Assembly (NCBI GenBank): GCA_966243015.1
Contig: CBIMES010000002.1
Span: 117,458 to 181,457 of the forward strand
Source of the DNA: an uncultured bacterium
GTDB lineage: Bacteria; Patescibacteriota; Minisyncoccia; Phycocordibacterales; UBA6065
DNA length: 64,000 nt
Reading direction: 5' to 3'
Shown piece by piece: positions 27,848 through 36,011 of this stretch. A program made the position numbers and the translations under genes. The first letter of the stretch is position 1, and each line of letters begins with the position of its first letter. The notes under the pieces were generated by a model. That model was not told where the DNA came from, did not search any database, and saw only the letters and a list, made by a program, of their open reading frames with translations.

Positions 27848-28120
27848 CTGGGGATAAACTTGTTAATAAGTGGGTATAAGCTTGTGGGTAAGTTTATACA
27901 CAGACTGTGAATTGCCTGGGGATGGAATCTAACAAACTGTGGATGATTTTGAAGGATGGGGAATAGCCCCTGTTTCTATTCGCGAGAACTCCACAGGAAC
28001 ACGTCCTTATAATGCCATCAAACCCTTACAGATAAACGTTTTATGGGTTATACACATATCCCCAGTGATTATAGAAATAGTAGTTATTCTTTAAATATAT
28101 AAGAGAGATATACTAGGAAC
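27848..28120. promoter_or_regulatory. oriC: Candidate oriC: AT-rich dnaA-dnaN spacer with multiple DnaA-box-like 9-mers and an AT-rich DUE
   Basis: One-mismatch variants of TGTGGATAA/TTATCCACA occur at about 27849 (TGGGGATAA), 27885 (TGTGGGTAA), 27894 (TTATACACA), 27935 (TGTGGATGA) and 28045 (TTATACACA). An A/T-rich stretch (atagaaatagtagttattctttaaatatataagag) lies at about 28070-28112. The rpmH-rnpA-yidC | dnaA-dnaN context supports it. Confidence 0.6.
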
Positions 28121-29221
28121 ATGAAAATCGAGTGCATCAAGGAAAAACTGATTGAGGCGGTTTCCAAGGCTGACAGACTGACGGGGAAGAACCTCTCTCT
28201 TCCCGTGCTCTCGTGCGTCAGCATCAAGACCGACGAGAATTCCCTCCTTGTACGCGCGACAAATCTTGATTGCGGTATCGAGATCAGGATCCCCGCCAAA
28301 GTCGACGCTACGGGCGAAATTGCCGTTCAGGGAGGCATCCTCACCTCTCTTCTCTCTGGCCTCCCGAAGGAGAAGAACGTGACCCTTGAGCTTAAGGAGG
28401 GGAACGTGCTCGTCTCCACCTCTTCCAATAGAACGCTGGTTAAGGCCTTTCCCGCCGAGGATTTCCCCTCGATTCCCAAGATTGAGGCTTTCAAGAGCCT
28501 TGAGCTGAGCCCGAAGACCCTCCTCAAGGGATTTAAGTCGGTTGTTTACAGCGCATCTGTTTCGACTGTTAAGCCTGAGCTTGCGAGCGTGTACGTCTAC
28601 AAGGACGAGGCTGACCTTGTGTTCGTGTCCACCGACTCGTTCAGGCTCGCGGAGAAGAGGCTTAAGATTAAAGAGACCCTCGACTTCCCGTCGGTAATCA
28701 TTCCCGCCAAGAATGTGACCGACATCGTCAGGTCTCTCGAGGCAGCGACTGACGACGTGCGCGTCATTTTCGACAAGAATCAGATCGCTTTCGAGTCGAA
28801 GGACACCTATCTCATGTCCCGCGTCATTGACGCCACCTTCCCAGACTACAAGAACATCATCCCCAAGGCATTCGTGACCGAGGTTGTCGTGCTTAAGCAG
28901 GATTTCATTGATTCTCTCAAGACGTCTCATATCTTTGCGGACAAATTCAATCTCGTGAACATCAAGGCCCTTCCCTCGAAGAAAACCTTTACCATATCAA
29001 CCAAGAACAGTGACGTGGGTGAGTACGTAAACACCATCGATTCGAGCGTCACGGGCGAGGACGTGGATATAAACTTTAACTACAAGTACATCTCAGACTG
29101 CTTCCAATCGATCGACGCCGACAGCCTCTCCCTTTCGATCGCGGGCATGAACAGGCCTCTCGTCATCAGGGGTGTCTCCGACAGGTCGTTCATGTGTCTT
29201 GTGATGCCAATGAACAGATAG
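28121..29221 (+). CDS. dnaN: DNA polymerase III beta sliding clamp
   Basis: 366 aa with three-domain clamp architecture and the typical MKIECIKEKLIEAVSKADR… N-terminus. It follows dnaA. Confidence 0.9.
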   Translation: MKIECIKEKLIEAVSKADRLTGKNLSLPVLSCVSIKTDENSLLVRATNLDCGIEIRIPAKVDATGEIAVQGGILTSLLSGLPKEKNVTLELKEGNVLVSTSSNRTLVKAFPAEDFPSIPKIEAFKSLELSPKTLLKGFKSVVYSASVSTVKPELASVYVYKDEADLVFVSTDSFRLAEKRLKIKETLDFPSVIIPAKNVTDIVRSLEAATDDVRVIFDKNQIAFESKDTYLMSRVIDATFPDYKNIIPKAFVTEVVVLKQDFIDSLKTSHIFADKFNLVNIKALPSKKTFTISTKNSDVGEYVNTIDSSVTGEDVDINFNYKYISDCFQSIDADSLSLSIAGMNRPLVIRGVSDRSFMCLVMPMNR

Positions 29222-29222
29222 C

Positions 29223-29474
29223 ATGTTCAACGTCGCCGACTATTTCAAGAAGTTCGCGAAAATAGAGGGTGAGAGCCTCGCCTTGAGAGATTCGATACGG
29301 GTGGCGCTGCTTGAGGTGTGCGGGGTGGGGAAGGCTGATTTTGAGGTTAAGAAAGGTGTTTTGATTATGAAGGGTCACCCTGTCATCAAGTCGATGGTGT
29401 TCATGAAAAAGAAAGAGGTTCTCGAGCATCTCTCGAGAACCTCTCCTCAGTCCAGGATTTCCGATATCCGCTAG
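29223..29474 (+). CDS. Small protein, possibly DUF721/DciA-like (putative helicase-loader family)
   Basis: 83 aa, immediately after dnaN. The C-terminal …GVLIMKGHPVIKSMVFMKKKEVLEHLSRTSPQSRISDIR resembles the DUF721 pattern (…vL.v.v.s…eL.f.k.eil.rLn…v.dIr). The call rests on pattern and position only. Confidence 0.35.
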   Translation: MFNVADYFKKFAKIEGESLALRDSIRVALLEVCGVGKADFEVKKGVLIMKGHPVIKSMVFMKKKEVLEHLSRTSPQSRISDIR

Positions 29475-32014
29475 CCGTCGAGCTGTACCTGGAAACTCGA
29501 TGAGGCTTCCGCCTTGTTGTACACGGTATCCGTTCCTATGACGCGGATATCGTTTTTCTCGCTGATGTTCGGGATGTCCTTGGGGCTAAACCTGAAGATG
29601 AACGGCTGTTTGTCGATGGTCTCGATGAAGGCGCCGTTTATGTAGAGGGATGCCTTTGCGAGTGAGTATCTGCCCGCTGATGACACGAAGAGCGAGATGC
29701 TCTCGTTAGGGCCATAGAGCTTCGACCCGTCGACGTTCTGGATGTGTATGGTTGGTCTGCCCTCTATTACATGCACGTCGTCCGTTTGGGTCGGTATCTC
29801 AGAGCCATCCTCGTCCTCGTACCCATTCTCGAGGGCCCATTTCCTTACAGGCGTCTCCCATCGCTCGAACTGCGGGTCGTCGGCGGGATTCTCTGGCGGT
29901 GGACCGAGCGGGTTCTTCTTGTCTATCCAGTAGAGGATTGAGTGCACCGACTGGACCTCTCGCTCCTCGCGGGTCTCTGGTGGGGTGAGATCGGTCGCGA
30001 GCTTTCCGGATATCGTGTCTACGAAATATGTCTCGCCGCCGCGCCACATGCCGTACATGATGGGCTTCAGGTTTGTCCTGTCGATTGGGTTCGGCTCGAC
30101 AAAGCGCTCGTCTGGTACGATCGCGAGGGCCTCTTTCATTGCTGCGTTCCAGAGGGGGGCAACGATTTGCCCCGCGACCTTTTTTACCATGGGCGCGTTG
30201 TCGTTGTTTCCTGCCCATACGCCGATGACGATGTTGGGGCTGTAGCCAACGGTCCATGCGTCGACCGAGTTGTTGGTGGTTCCCGTCTTCACCGCGACGT
30301 CTCGGTCGGAGAAGTTGAGCACGGAGTTCGGCCCGTAGGCCGGTGTTCGCGCCTCGTTGTCGCTCAGGATGTCTGAGACGGTTCGTGCGACGTTCGGGTC
30401 GAGAACCTGGCTTGATCGCTGGGAGGGGAGAGTGACCTCTTTTCCGTTCGAATCAAAAACCTGAAGCACAGACTTGTAAGGAACTCTTGTGCCGTCGTTC
30501 GCGAACACGCCGTAGGCGCTCGTCATCTCGAGAAGGGAGATCTCGCCGCCTCCGAGCACGAGGGTGAGGCCGTAACGGTCACCATCGGTGAGGCTCGTAA
30601 TACCCATGTCCTTGGCGAGATCAAGGGAGTCCTTGATGCCGGCGAGGTAGAGAGTCTTGATGGCTGGAATGTTGATTGATTGGGCCAGGGCGTTCCTGAG
30701 GCTGATTGGCCCTCTGAACGTCTCGTCGTAGTTTCCGGGGCTGTAGCAGACGGCGTCAGGCGTGAGGGGCTCGCTTTCGAGCGAGCATTGCGAGCTGAAT
30801 TCGGTCTTAAGGTCGAAGACGACGGTGTCGGGAGTGTATCCCTTGGTGAAAGCCTCGGCGTAGATAATCGGCTTCATCGTCGATCCCGGCTGTCTGTTCG
30901 GCGCGATGGCCGCGTTGAACTGGCCGTCGATGTCCTTGTCGAAGTAGTCTCGCGACCCAACCATGGAAAGTATCTCTCCGGTCTTTGGGTCAATTGCCAC
31001 GAGCGCCGCGTTCTCGGCGGTGAAGTCCTCTTCGTTTCTGAGGGCGGTCGCCTTCACAAGCGCCTCGTTCTTGTCCTGGAGGTCTATGTTGAGCGAGGTG
31101 ATGACTTTGTAGCCGTTGTTGTCGAGCGCCTCCTCGCCGAGTATGCCTTCGAGGTAATCCTTCACGAAGAACACAAAGTGGGGGGCTCTTATTCCGTATT
31201 TGGTCTGAGGGGAGAATGTGACCCTCTCGTTTTTCGCCTGTTCGTATTCCTCGGGGGTAATCTGTCCCGTTTCGAGCATGAGGCTGAGCACGAGATTCTT
31301 GCGGGCCTCGAGCTTGTCGGTGTTCTTTCCGTACGGCGAGTAGAAGGTCGTCGCCTGGGGAATGGCCGCAAGATACGCCGCCTCCGCCAGGGTCACGTTC
31401 TTCGAAGACTTGTTGAAGAACTGTTGTGCGGCCTCCTCGACGCCGTACATGTTGCCGCCGTACGCAGTTTCATTGAGGTAGAGCTCAAGAATCTTGTCCT
31501 TGGGAAGCTGTCTGTCGAGTTTGATGGCGAGAACCCATTCCTTCAGCTTTCGCGAAATTGTCTTGTCCGTGGTGAGCACGGTGTTCTTGATGACCTGTTG
31601 GGTGAGGGTGGATCCTCCCTGGCTGTAGCCTCCGGTCGTGAGGTTGGCAAAGACCGCGCGGATGATTGACGAGATCTTGATGCCTCCGTGCTCGTAGAAG
31701 TCCTTATCCTCGATGGCGACGGTCGCCTTCTTGATGTAGGGGGAGACGTCGTCTCCGGACACGACGGTTCTCTTCACGGTGTCGTGCAGGTCAAAGAGAA
31801 GCACTTCGCCGGTGCGGTCGTATATCTTGGTTGATTCCGATATTCTGCGCTGGTCGAAGGAGGTGAGGTCGGGGAGCCTGAACGATGAGATCCAGAGTAT
31901 GCCGCCGCCGGCGACCAGGAAGGCGAGGGAGGCGCCGAGCACCAAGAGGTCTTTCGCGGTGTGGGACTTAAAGTGTCGTACGATCTTTCGGACCGTGCTT
32001 TTTTTGGTGTGCAT
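29471..32014 (-). CDS. mrcA: Class A penicillin-binding protein (PBP1A: glycosyltransferase + transpeptidase) with a C-terminal extension
   Basis: N-terminal TM. GT51 motifs (EDKDFYEHGGI, GGSTLTQQ). Transpeptidase motifs (S*TMKP, SxN, KTGT). 847 aa. Confidence 0.9.
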   Translation of the reverse strand: MHTKKSTVRKIVRHFKSHTAKDLLVLGASLAFLVAGGGILWISSFRLPDLTSFDQRRISESTKIYDRTGEVLLFDLHDTVKRTVVSGDDVSPYIKKATVAIEDKDFYEHGGIKISSIIRAVFANLTTGGYSQGGSTLTQQVIKNTVLTTDKTISRKLKEWVLAIKLDRQLPKDKILELYLNETAYGGNMYGVEEAAQQFFNKSSKNVTLAEAAYLAAIPQATTFYSPYGKNTDKLEARKNLVLSLMLETGQITPEEYEQAKNERVTFSPQTKYGIRAPHFVFFVKDYLEGILGEEALDNNGYKVITSLNIDLQDKNEALVKATALRNEEDFTAENAALVAIDPKTGEILSMVGSRDYFDKDIDGQFNAAIAPNRQPGSTMKPIIYAEAFTKGYTPDTVVFDLKTEFSSQCSLESEPLTPDAVCYSPGNYDETFRGPISLRNALAQSINIPAIKTLYLAGIKDSLDLAKDMGITSLTDGDRYGLTLVLGGGEISLLEMTSAYGVFANDGTRVPYKSVLQVFDSNGKEVTLPSQRSSQVLDPNVARTVSDILSDNEARTPAYGPNSVLNFSDRDVAVKTGTTNNSVDAWTVGYSPNIVIGVWAGNNDNAPMVKKVAGQIVAPLWNAAMKEALAIVPDERFVEPNPIDRTNLKPIMYGMWRGGETYFVDTISGKLATDLTPPETREEREVQSVHSILYWIDKKNPLGPPPENPADDPQFERWETPVRKWALENGYEDEDGSEIPTQTDDVHVIEGRPTIHIQNVDGSKLYGPNESISLFVSSAGRYSLAKASLYINGAFIETIDKQPFIFRFSPKDIPNISEKNDIRVIGTDTVYNKAEASSSFQVQLDG

Positions 32015-32083
32015 TCATGTACGATAACACCAATCAAAAGGCCTCACAAGACAATAAAATACGGCTGTGATACAGTATTTTCC

Positions 32084-33313
32084 ATGATGTTTTCAAAGAT
32101 TCTGCCCAATACCGACAAGGCGGCAATAGACAGCTTCCTCTCGCGCGGCGTCGAGGCTGTTTTCCCCTCCAAAGAGGCCTTTGCCAAGGCTCTTTCGAGC
32201 GGTAGGCGACTCTCTATGTATCTCGGCGTAGACCCGACTGGTCCAACGCTTCACCTCGGCCATGTTATCCCTCTCATGAAGCTCGCCGAGCTTCAGAGGC
32301 TTGGTCACCAGATTATCTTCCTTATCGGAGACTTCACTGCCATGATTGGCGATCCAACCGACAAGGCGGCCGCGCGCAAGAAACTCACGAGGAGGGAGGT
32401 TCTGAGAAACCTCAGACTCTACAAGAAGCAGGCGTCAAAGTTTATCTCGTTCTCAGGAAAAAACGCTGCGAAGATAAAATACAACAGTGCGTGGCTCGGA
32501 AAAATGAGCTTTGCCGATGTTGTCGAGCTCGCCTCCCATATGACGGTTGACCAGATGCTCAAGCGAGACATGTTCCGCAAGAGGATGGACGAGGGCAAGC
32601 CGGTGTTCATACATGAGTTCATGTACCCGCTCATGCAGGGATATGACAGCGTCTTTATGAACGTGGACGCAGAGGTGGGTGGAAACGATCAGACTTTCAA
32701 CATGCTCGCGGGACGAGACTTCGTTAAGTCGCTCCAGGGAAGGGAGAAGTTTGTCGTGGCGACAAGGCTCCTTGTCGACCCAACGGGCAAGAAGATGGGT
32801 AAGACCGAGGGAAACATGATTACCCTTCAGGACAGTGCGTCGGATATGTTTGGAAAGGTCATGAGTTGGTCAGATGATCTTATTGTCTCTGGTCTCGAGC
32901 TGTGTACCCCTGTCTCTGATACTGATATTGAGAAGGAGAGGGCGTTTCTCGCAAGCGGTGGCAACCCTCGTGATGCGAAGGTTCGCCTCGGCGAGGCCCT
33001 CGTCGCCCTTCACCACGGCGCCGAGGCCGCACAGAGGGCGCGCGAGTCTTTCTTCTCAACCTTTAGCGCAGGCACCATTCCCGCTGACGCACCTGAGGCA
33101 AACGTTGTCTCCGGGACCCTTCTCGTGGATGTCCTCCTTCAGAACGAAGTCGTCTCGTCGAAAACTGATTTCAGGAGGCTTGCCTCCGAGGGGGCGATCA
33201 AGAACCTGAAGAATGGGGGTGAGGCCATCAAGGCTTTTGACGCAACAATCTCCGAGGATGCCGATCTCAAGATAGGCAAGCACAGGTTCCTCAAGGTTCG
33301 CGTCAGGAAATAG
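32084..33313 (+). CDS. tyrS: Tyrosine--tRNA ligase
   Basis: HIGH-class motif (PTGPTLHLGHV), KMSKS-class motif (KKMGKTEG), and a C-terminal S4-like domain. The start was chosen at MMFSKILPN. Confidence 0.9.
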   Translation: MMFSKILPNTDKAAIDSFLSRGVEAVFPSKEAFAKALSSGRRLSMYLGVDPTGPTLHLGHVIPLMKLAELQRLGHQIIFLIGDFTAMIGDPTDKAAARKKLTRREVLRNLRLYKKQASKFISFSGKNAAKIKYNSAWLGKMSFADVVELASHMTVDQMLKRDMFRKRMDEGKPVFIHEFMYPLMQGYDSVFMNVDAEVGGNDQTFNMLAGRDFVKSLQGREKFVVATRLLVDPTGKKMGKTEGNMITLQDSASDMFGKVMSWSDDLIVSGLELCTPVSDTDIEKERAFLASGGNPRDAKVRLGEALVALHHGAEAAQRARESFFSTFSAGTIPADAPEANVVSGTLLVDVLLQNEVVSSKTDFRRLASEGAIKNLKNGGEAIKAFDATISEDADLKIGKHRFLKVRVRK

Positions 33314-33321
33314 CAAAAGAA

Positions 33322-33350
33322 AAAAGCGCCCGTTGGGGCGCTTTTCGTTT
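33322..33350. terminator. Bidirectional terminator (tyrS / convergent acidic-protein gene)
   Basis: AAAGCGCCC-gttg-GGGCGCTTT-TCGTTTTC. Confidence 0.75.
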
Positions 33351-33351
33351 T

Positions 33352-33618
33352 CTACCAGCTCTCTTCCTCGTCTACGAGGAAGTCGTTGACTGGGTCATCG
33401 CTCTCCTCGCTGCCCTCGCCGTCTTCGTCGAGCGAGTCGTCGTCGAAGTCAGAGTCGCTGTCCTCGTCCGCGGTCTCGTCGTCATCGCTCGCGACCTTCT
33501 TTGGGCTCGGATCATCGTCACCCTCTTCCTCGTCGGTTTCCTCTTCCTCGTTCTGTGCAGCGATGGGCTTCTTTACCTCTTCCGCGTCTTCTTTTCGTGC
33601 GATTTTCTTGCTTGGCAT
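33352..33618 (-). CDS. Extremely acidic small protein (about 45% Asp/Glu), function unknown
   Basis: The 88-aa ORF MPSKKIARKEDAEEVKKP… continues into D/E/S-rich sequence ending …DDPVNDFLVDEEESW. Codon usage matches neighbouring genes. No strong SD. Confidence 0.45.
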   Translation of the reverse strand: MPSKKIARKEDAEEVKKPIAAQNEEEETDEEEGDDDPSPKKVASDDDETADEDSDSDFDDDSLDEDGEGSEESDDPVNDFLVDEEESW

Positions 33619-33689
33619 TTCCTTTGAAATTTAGAGTCCTCTATTTTTAGCAGATGTAGTTTTTTGACGCAATATGTGGATAAGTACAT

Positions 33690-33790
33690 GTACCGAGACC
33701 GTCGGAAAAAGCACGGATATTCGCCTGCTGGCGAATTCCTCGAGCTCGCGCCGGTCGCGCTCGCTAGTCTTTTTCCGACGGTCTCGGTAC
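33690..33790. repeat. Long perfect hairpin (22-bp stem) holding a 57-nt conserved loop element. This is copy 1 of a dispersed repeat, with a perfect DnaA box just upstream.
   Basis: GTACCGAGACCGTCGGAAAAAG … CTTTTTCCGACGGTCTCGGTAC, with loop cacggatattcgcctgctggcgaattcctcgagctcgcgccggtcgcgctcgctagt. TGTGGATAA lies at 33675-33683. The loop recurs about 89% identical at 61430-61486. Confidence 0.7.
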
Positions 33791-33807
33791 TCGGCGGTGA
33801 TAGAAAA

Positions 33808-34284
33808 TTAGAAGCGTTCAATCGCGAAGCAGGTGAGACCTACGGCGATGGCGTCATACTCGTCGTCGTGCCGTATGTCCTTGTCGATTTTTATGAGGCG
33901 GGAAACCATGGCGATGACCTGTTCCTTGTCGCTCGCGCCATAGCCCGTGACGGCGACCTTGATTTGTCCGGGGCCGTACTCGTAGACGGGAAGCCTGTTT
34001 GTGGCGGCCTGGTAGAGAATGACGCCTCGGGCCTCGGCGACGGTGATGGCGCTCTTCTTGTTGCTGCTGAAGAAGAGGTTCTCGAGGCAGAGTGCCTGGG
34101 GCGCGTATTCGCCGATGATGCGGGCGATTTCCGCGCCGATGAGCCCGAGGCGTTCGTGATGGGGGAGCTTGGCCGAGGTCTTGAAGCAGTCTGAATACAC
34201 AAGCGTCTCCTTCTGGCGGGGGAGCTTCTCGATGACGGCGATGCCGAGGCGTTCGTATCCGGGATCGATGGCGATGATGCGCAT
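33808..34284 (-). CDS. ruvC: Crossover junction endodeoxyribonuclease RuvC
   Basis: MRIIAIDPGYERLGIAVIE… RNase H-like fold motifs and …DEYDAIAVGLTC… carry the catalytic acidic residues. 158 aa. Confidence 0.9.
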   Translation of the reverse strand: MRIIAIDPGYERLGIAVIEKLPRQKETLVYSDCFKTSAKLPHHERLGLIGAEIARIIGEYAPQALCLENLFFSSNKKSAITVAEARGVILYQAATNRLPVYEYGPGQIKVAVTGYGASDKEQVIAMVSRLIKIDKDIRHDDEYDAIAVGLTCFAIERF

Positions 34285-34308
34285 GTGCGTATATCATACC
34301 TCAAAACA

Positions 34309-34332
34309 AAAGCGGCCCGCGGGCCGCTTTTT
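34309..34332. terminator. GC-rich hairpin between yebC and ruvC, a possible terminator or attenuator
   Basis: AAAAGCGGCCCGCGGGCCGCTTTT with T-runs on both strands. Confidence 0.55.
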
Positions 34333-34333
34333 T

Positions 34334-34861
34334 CTATTCGACGTTGGTGAAGACCTCCTGCACCTCCTCGTTCTCCTCGAGGGCGTCTACAAGCTTTCCG
34401 AGGGCCTCGAGATCCTCGTCAGAGAGGTCGACCGTCGTGTTTGGCTTCCAGCCGGCACCCTCGCGGGTGAAGGCCCATGATGCTGATCCCGGCGCGGCAA
34501 GCGACGATCCGTTCTCGGAGAGGATGTGCTTCACCTCCTGGGCGGCCTTGTTCTTGCTCGCGGTGAGCGCCTCAATAATGAGGGCGCATCCGCCCGGCCC
34601 ATATGCCTCGTAGGTGATGGACTCGAGCGCCGCGCCCGGTTCCGACGCCTTCTTGATGGCTCGGTCGATGACTTCGTTCGTGACGTCCTCGGACTTCGCT
34701 CGCTCGATAAGCGCTCGCAGCGAAGGGGAGTTTCGGTCACCCTTCACCTTCTGCGCCTCAGCGGAGATGAGCTTCGAGTATTTCGAATAGAGCTTAGACT
34801 TAGCCCCGTCAGTCTTTGCCTTCTTGTGCTTGATCTGTGACCATTTATTGTGTCCGGACAT
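34334..34861 (-). CDS. yebC: YebC/PmpR-family DNA-binding regulator (compact form, about 70 aa shorter than E. coli YebC)
   Basis: MSGHNKWSQIKHKKAKTDGAKSK… N-terminus, …YEAYGPGGCALIIE…, and the C-terminal …EVQEVFTNVE motif. It sits in the conserved ruvC neighbourhood. Confidence 0.8.
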   Translation of the reverse strand: MSGHNKWSQIKHKKAKTDGAKSKLYSKYSKLISAEAQKVKGDRNSPSLRALIERAKSEDVTNEVIDRAIKKASEPGAALESITYEAYGPGGCALIIEALTASKNKAAQEVKHILSENGSSLAAPGSASWAFTREGAGWKPNTTVDLSDEDLEALGKLVDALEENEEVQEVFTNVE

Positions 34862-34951
34862 GTGGTTTTCTGATTAGTGAGAAAAGTATGTCTCAACGCT
34901 GGCCAAAAAACAACCCGCGCTTTTGGCGGGGGCTGTCTCATGGTGCGAATA

Positions 34952-35983
34952 TTACTCTTTCTTGATTTTAAGATGCGTCCAGGCCTTCTCGGTCGCCTTG
35001 CGGCCTCGGGGCGTTCGCTCGATGAGGCCGAGCTGAAGGAGGTACGGCTCGTGAACTTCCTCGACGGTGGCATCCTCCTCGGCGAGCGATGCCGCGAGGG
35101 TGTTAAGGCCGACGGGGCCGCCGTTGAACTTGTCGATGAGGGTCTTGAGAAGCTCGCGGTCGCTCTGCGAGAGGCCGAGCTCGTCGATGCCGAGCATGGA
35201 AAGGGCCCGATTGACGATGTCGGGGGAGACGGGGGTCTTCTCGACCTGGGCGAGGTCGCGCACGCGCTTGAGGAGGAAGTTCGCCGTTCGCGGGGTAAAG
35301 CGGCTGCGCTCGGCGATCTTCTGGGACGAGGCGCTGTCTATGTCGATTCCGAGAACGCGGGCCGATCGGTGGATGATGTCCTGTATCTCCTTGTCCGTAT
35401 AGAATTCGAGCCTGAAGGTTCCGCCGCTGAAGCGAGATCGGAGCGGCGCGGAGAGAAGGGCGATACGCGTCGTTGCCGCGATGAGGGTGAACGGGGGGAG
35501 TTCGAGCTGAATCGTGCGTGCGCTTGGTCCCTTGCCGATGATGATGTCGAGCGAGCCTGACTCCATGGCAGGGTAGAGGACTTCCTCAATCGCCTTGTTC
35601 AGTCGATGGATCTCGTCGATGAAGAGCATGTCTCCCGGCGCGAGGTTGGTGAGGATTGACGCGAGGTCCCCGACCTTCTCGATTGCGGGACCGGAGGTTG
35701 TCTTTATCTGCGACGCGGTCTCCTTCGCGATAAGGTGGGCCAAAGTCGTCTTTCCGAGACCTGGCGGTCCGTAAAAGAGGATGTGCTCGGGCGGGTGCTT
35801 TCGCTCCGCGGCCGCTTTGAGCAGGACCTTGAGGTTCTCCTTTATGGATTTCTGGCCAATGTATTCGTCCCACGAAGAGGGGCGCAGCGTTTGATCCAGG
35901 AAAAGGTCATCATTTCCAAAAGAGCCCTTATTTTCAGGCTTTTTATGGGTTTCCGAATCTGGGCGGGCGGGAGTACTTGACAT
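34952..35983 (-). CDS. ruvB: Holliday junction branch-migration ATPase RuvB
   Basis: Walker A (FYGPPGLGKTTLAHLIA), Walker B (MLFIDEIHRL), sensor 2, and a C-terminal winged-helix domain. 343 aa. Confidence 0.95.
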   Translation of the reverse strand: MSSTPARPDSETHKKPENKGSFGNDDLFLDQTLRPSSWDEYIGQKSIKENLKVLLKAAAERKHPPEHILFYGPPGLGKTTLAHLIAKETASQIKTTSGPAIEKVGDLASILTNLAPGDMLFIDEIHRLNKAIEEVLYPAMESGSLDIIIGKGPSARTIQLELPPFTLIAATTRIALLSAPLRSRFSGGTFRLEFYTDKEIQDIIHRSARVLGIDIDSASSQKIAERSRFTPRTANFLLKRVRDLAQVEKTPVSPDIVNRALSMLGIDELGLSQSDRELLKTLIDKFNGGPVGLNTLAASLAEEDATVEEVHEPYLLQLGLIERTPRGRKATEKAWTHLKIKKE

Positions 35984-36005
35984 ATGTAAAGCTTTATGCT
36001 AAGAT
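35977..36005 (+). promoter_or_regulatory. Sigma70-type promoter (TTGACA-17-TAAGAT) driving a plus-strand non-coding transcript
   Basis: TTGACA at 35977-35982, a 17-nt spacer, and TAAGAT at 36000-36005. It overlaps the ruvB start codon on the other strand. Confidence 0.55.
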
Positions 36006-36011
36006 ACAAGA

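Noticed and set aside
33386-33634. A plus-strand Ser-rich 82-aa ORF antisense to the acidic-protein gene.
   Set aside because: It is a poly-Ser/Leu translation of the GA-rich complement. It has no start context and runs into the tyrS terminator.
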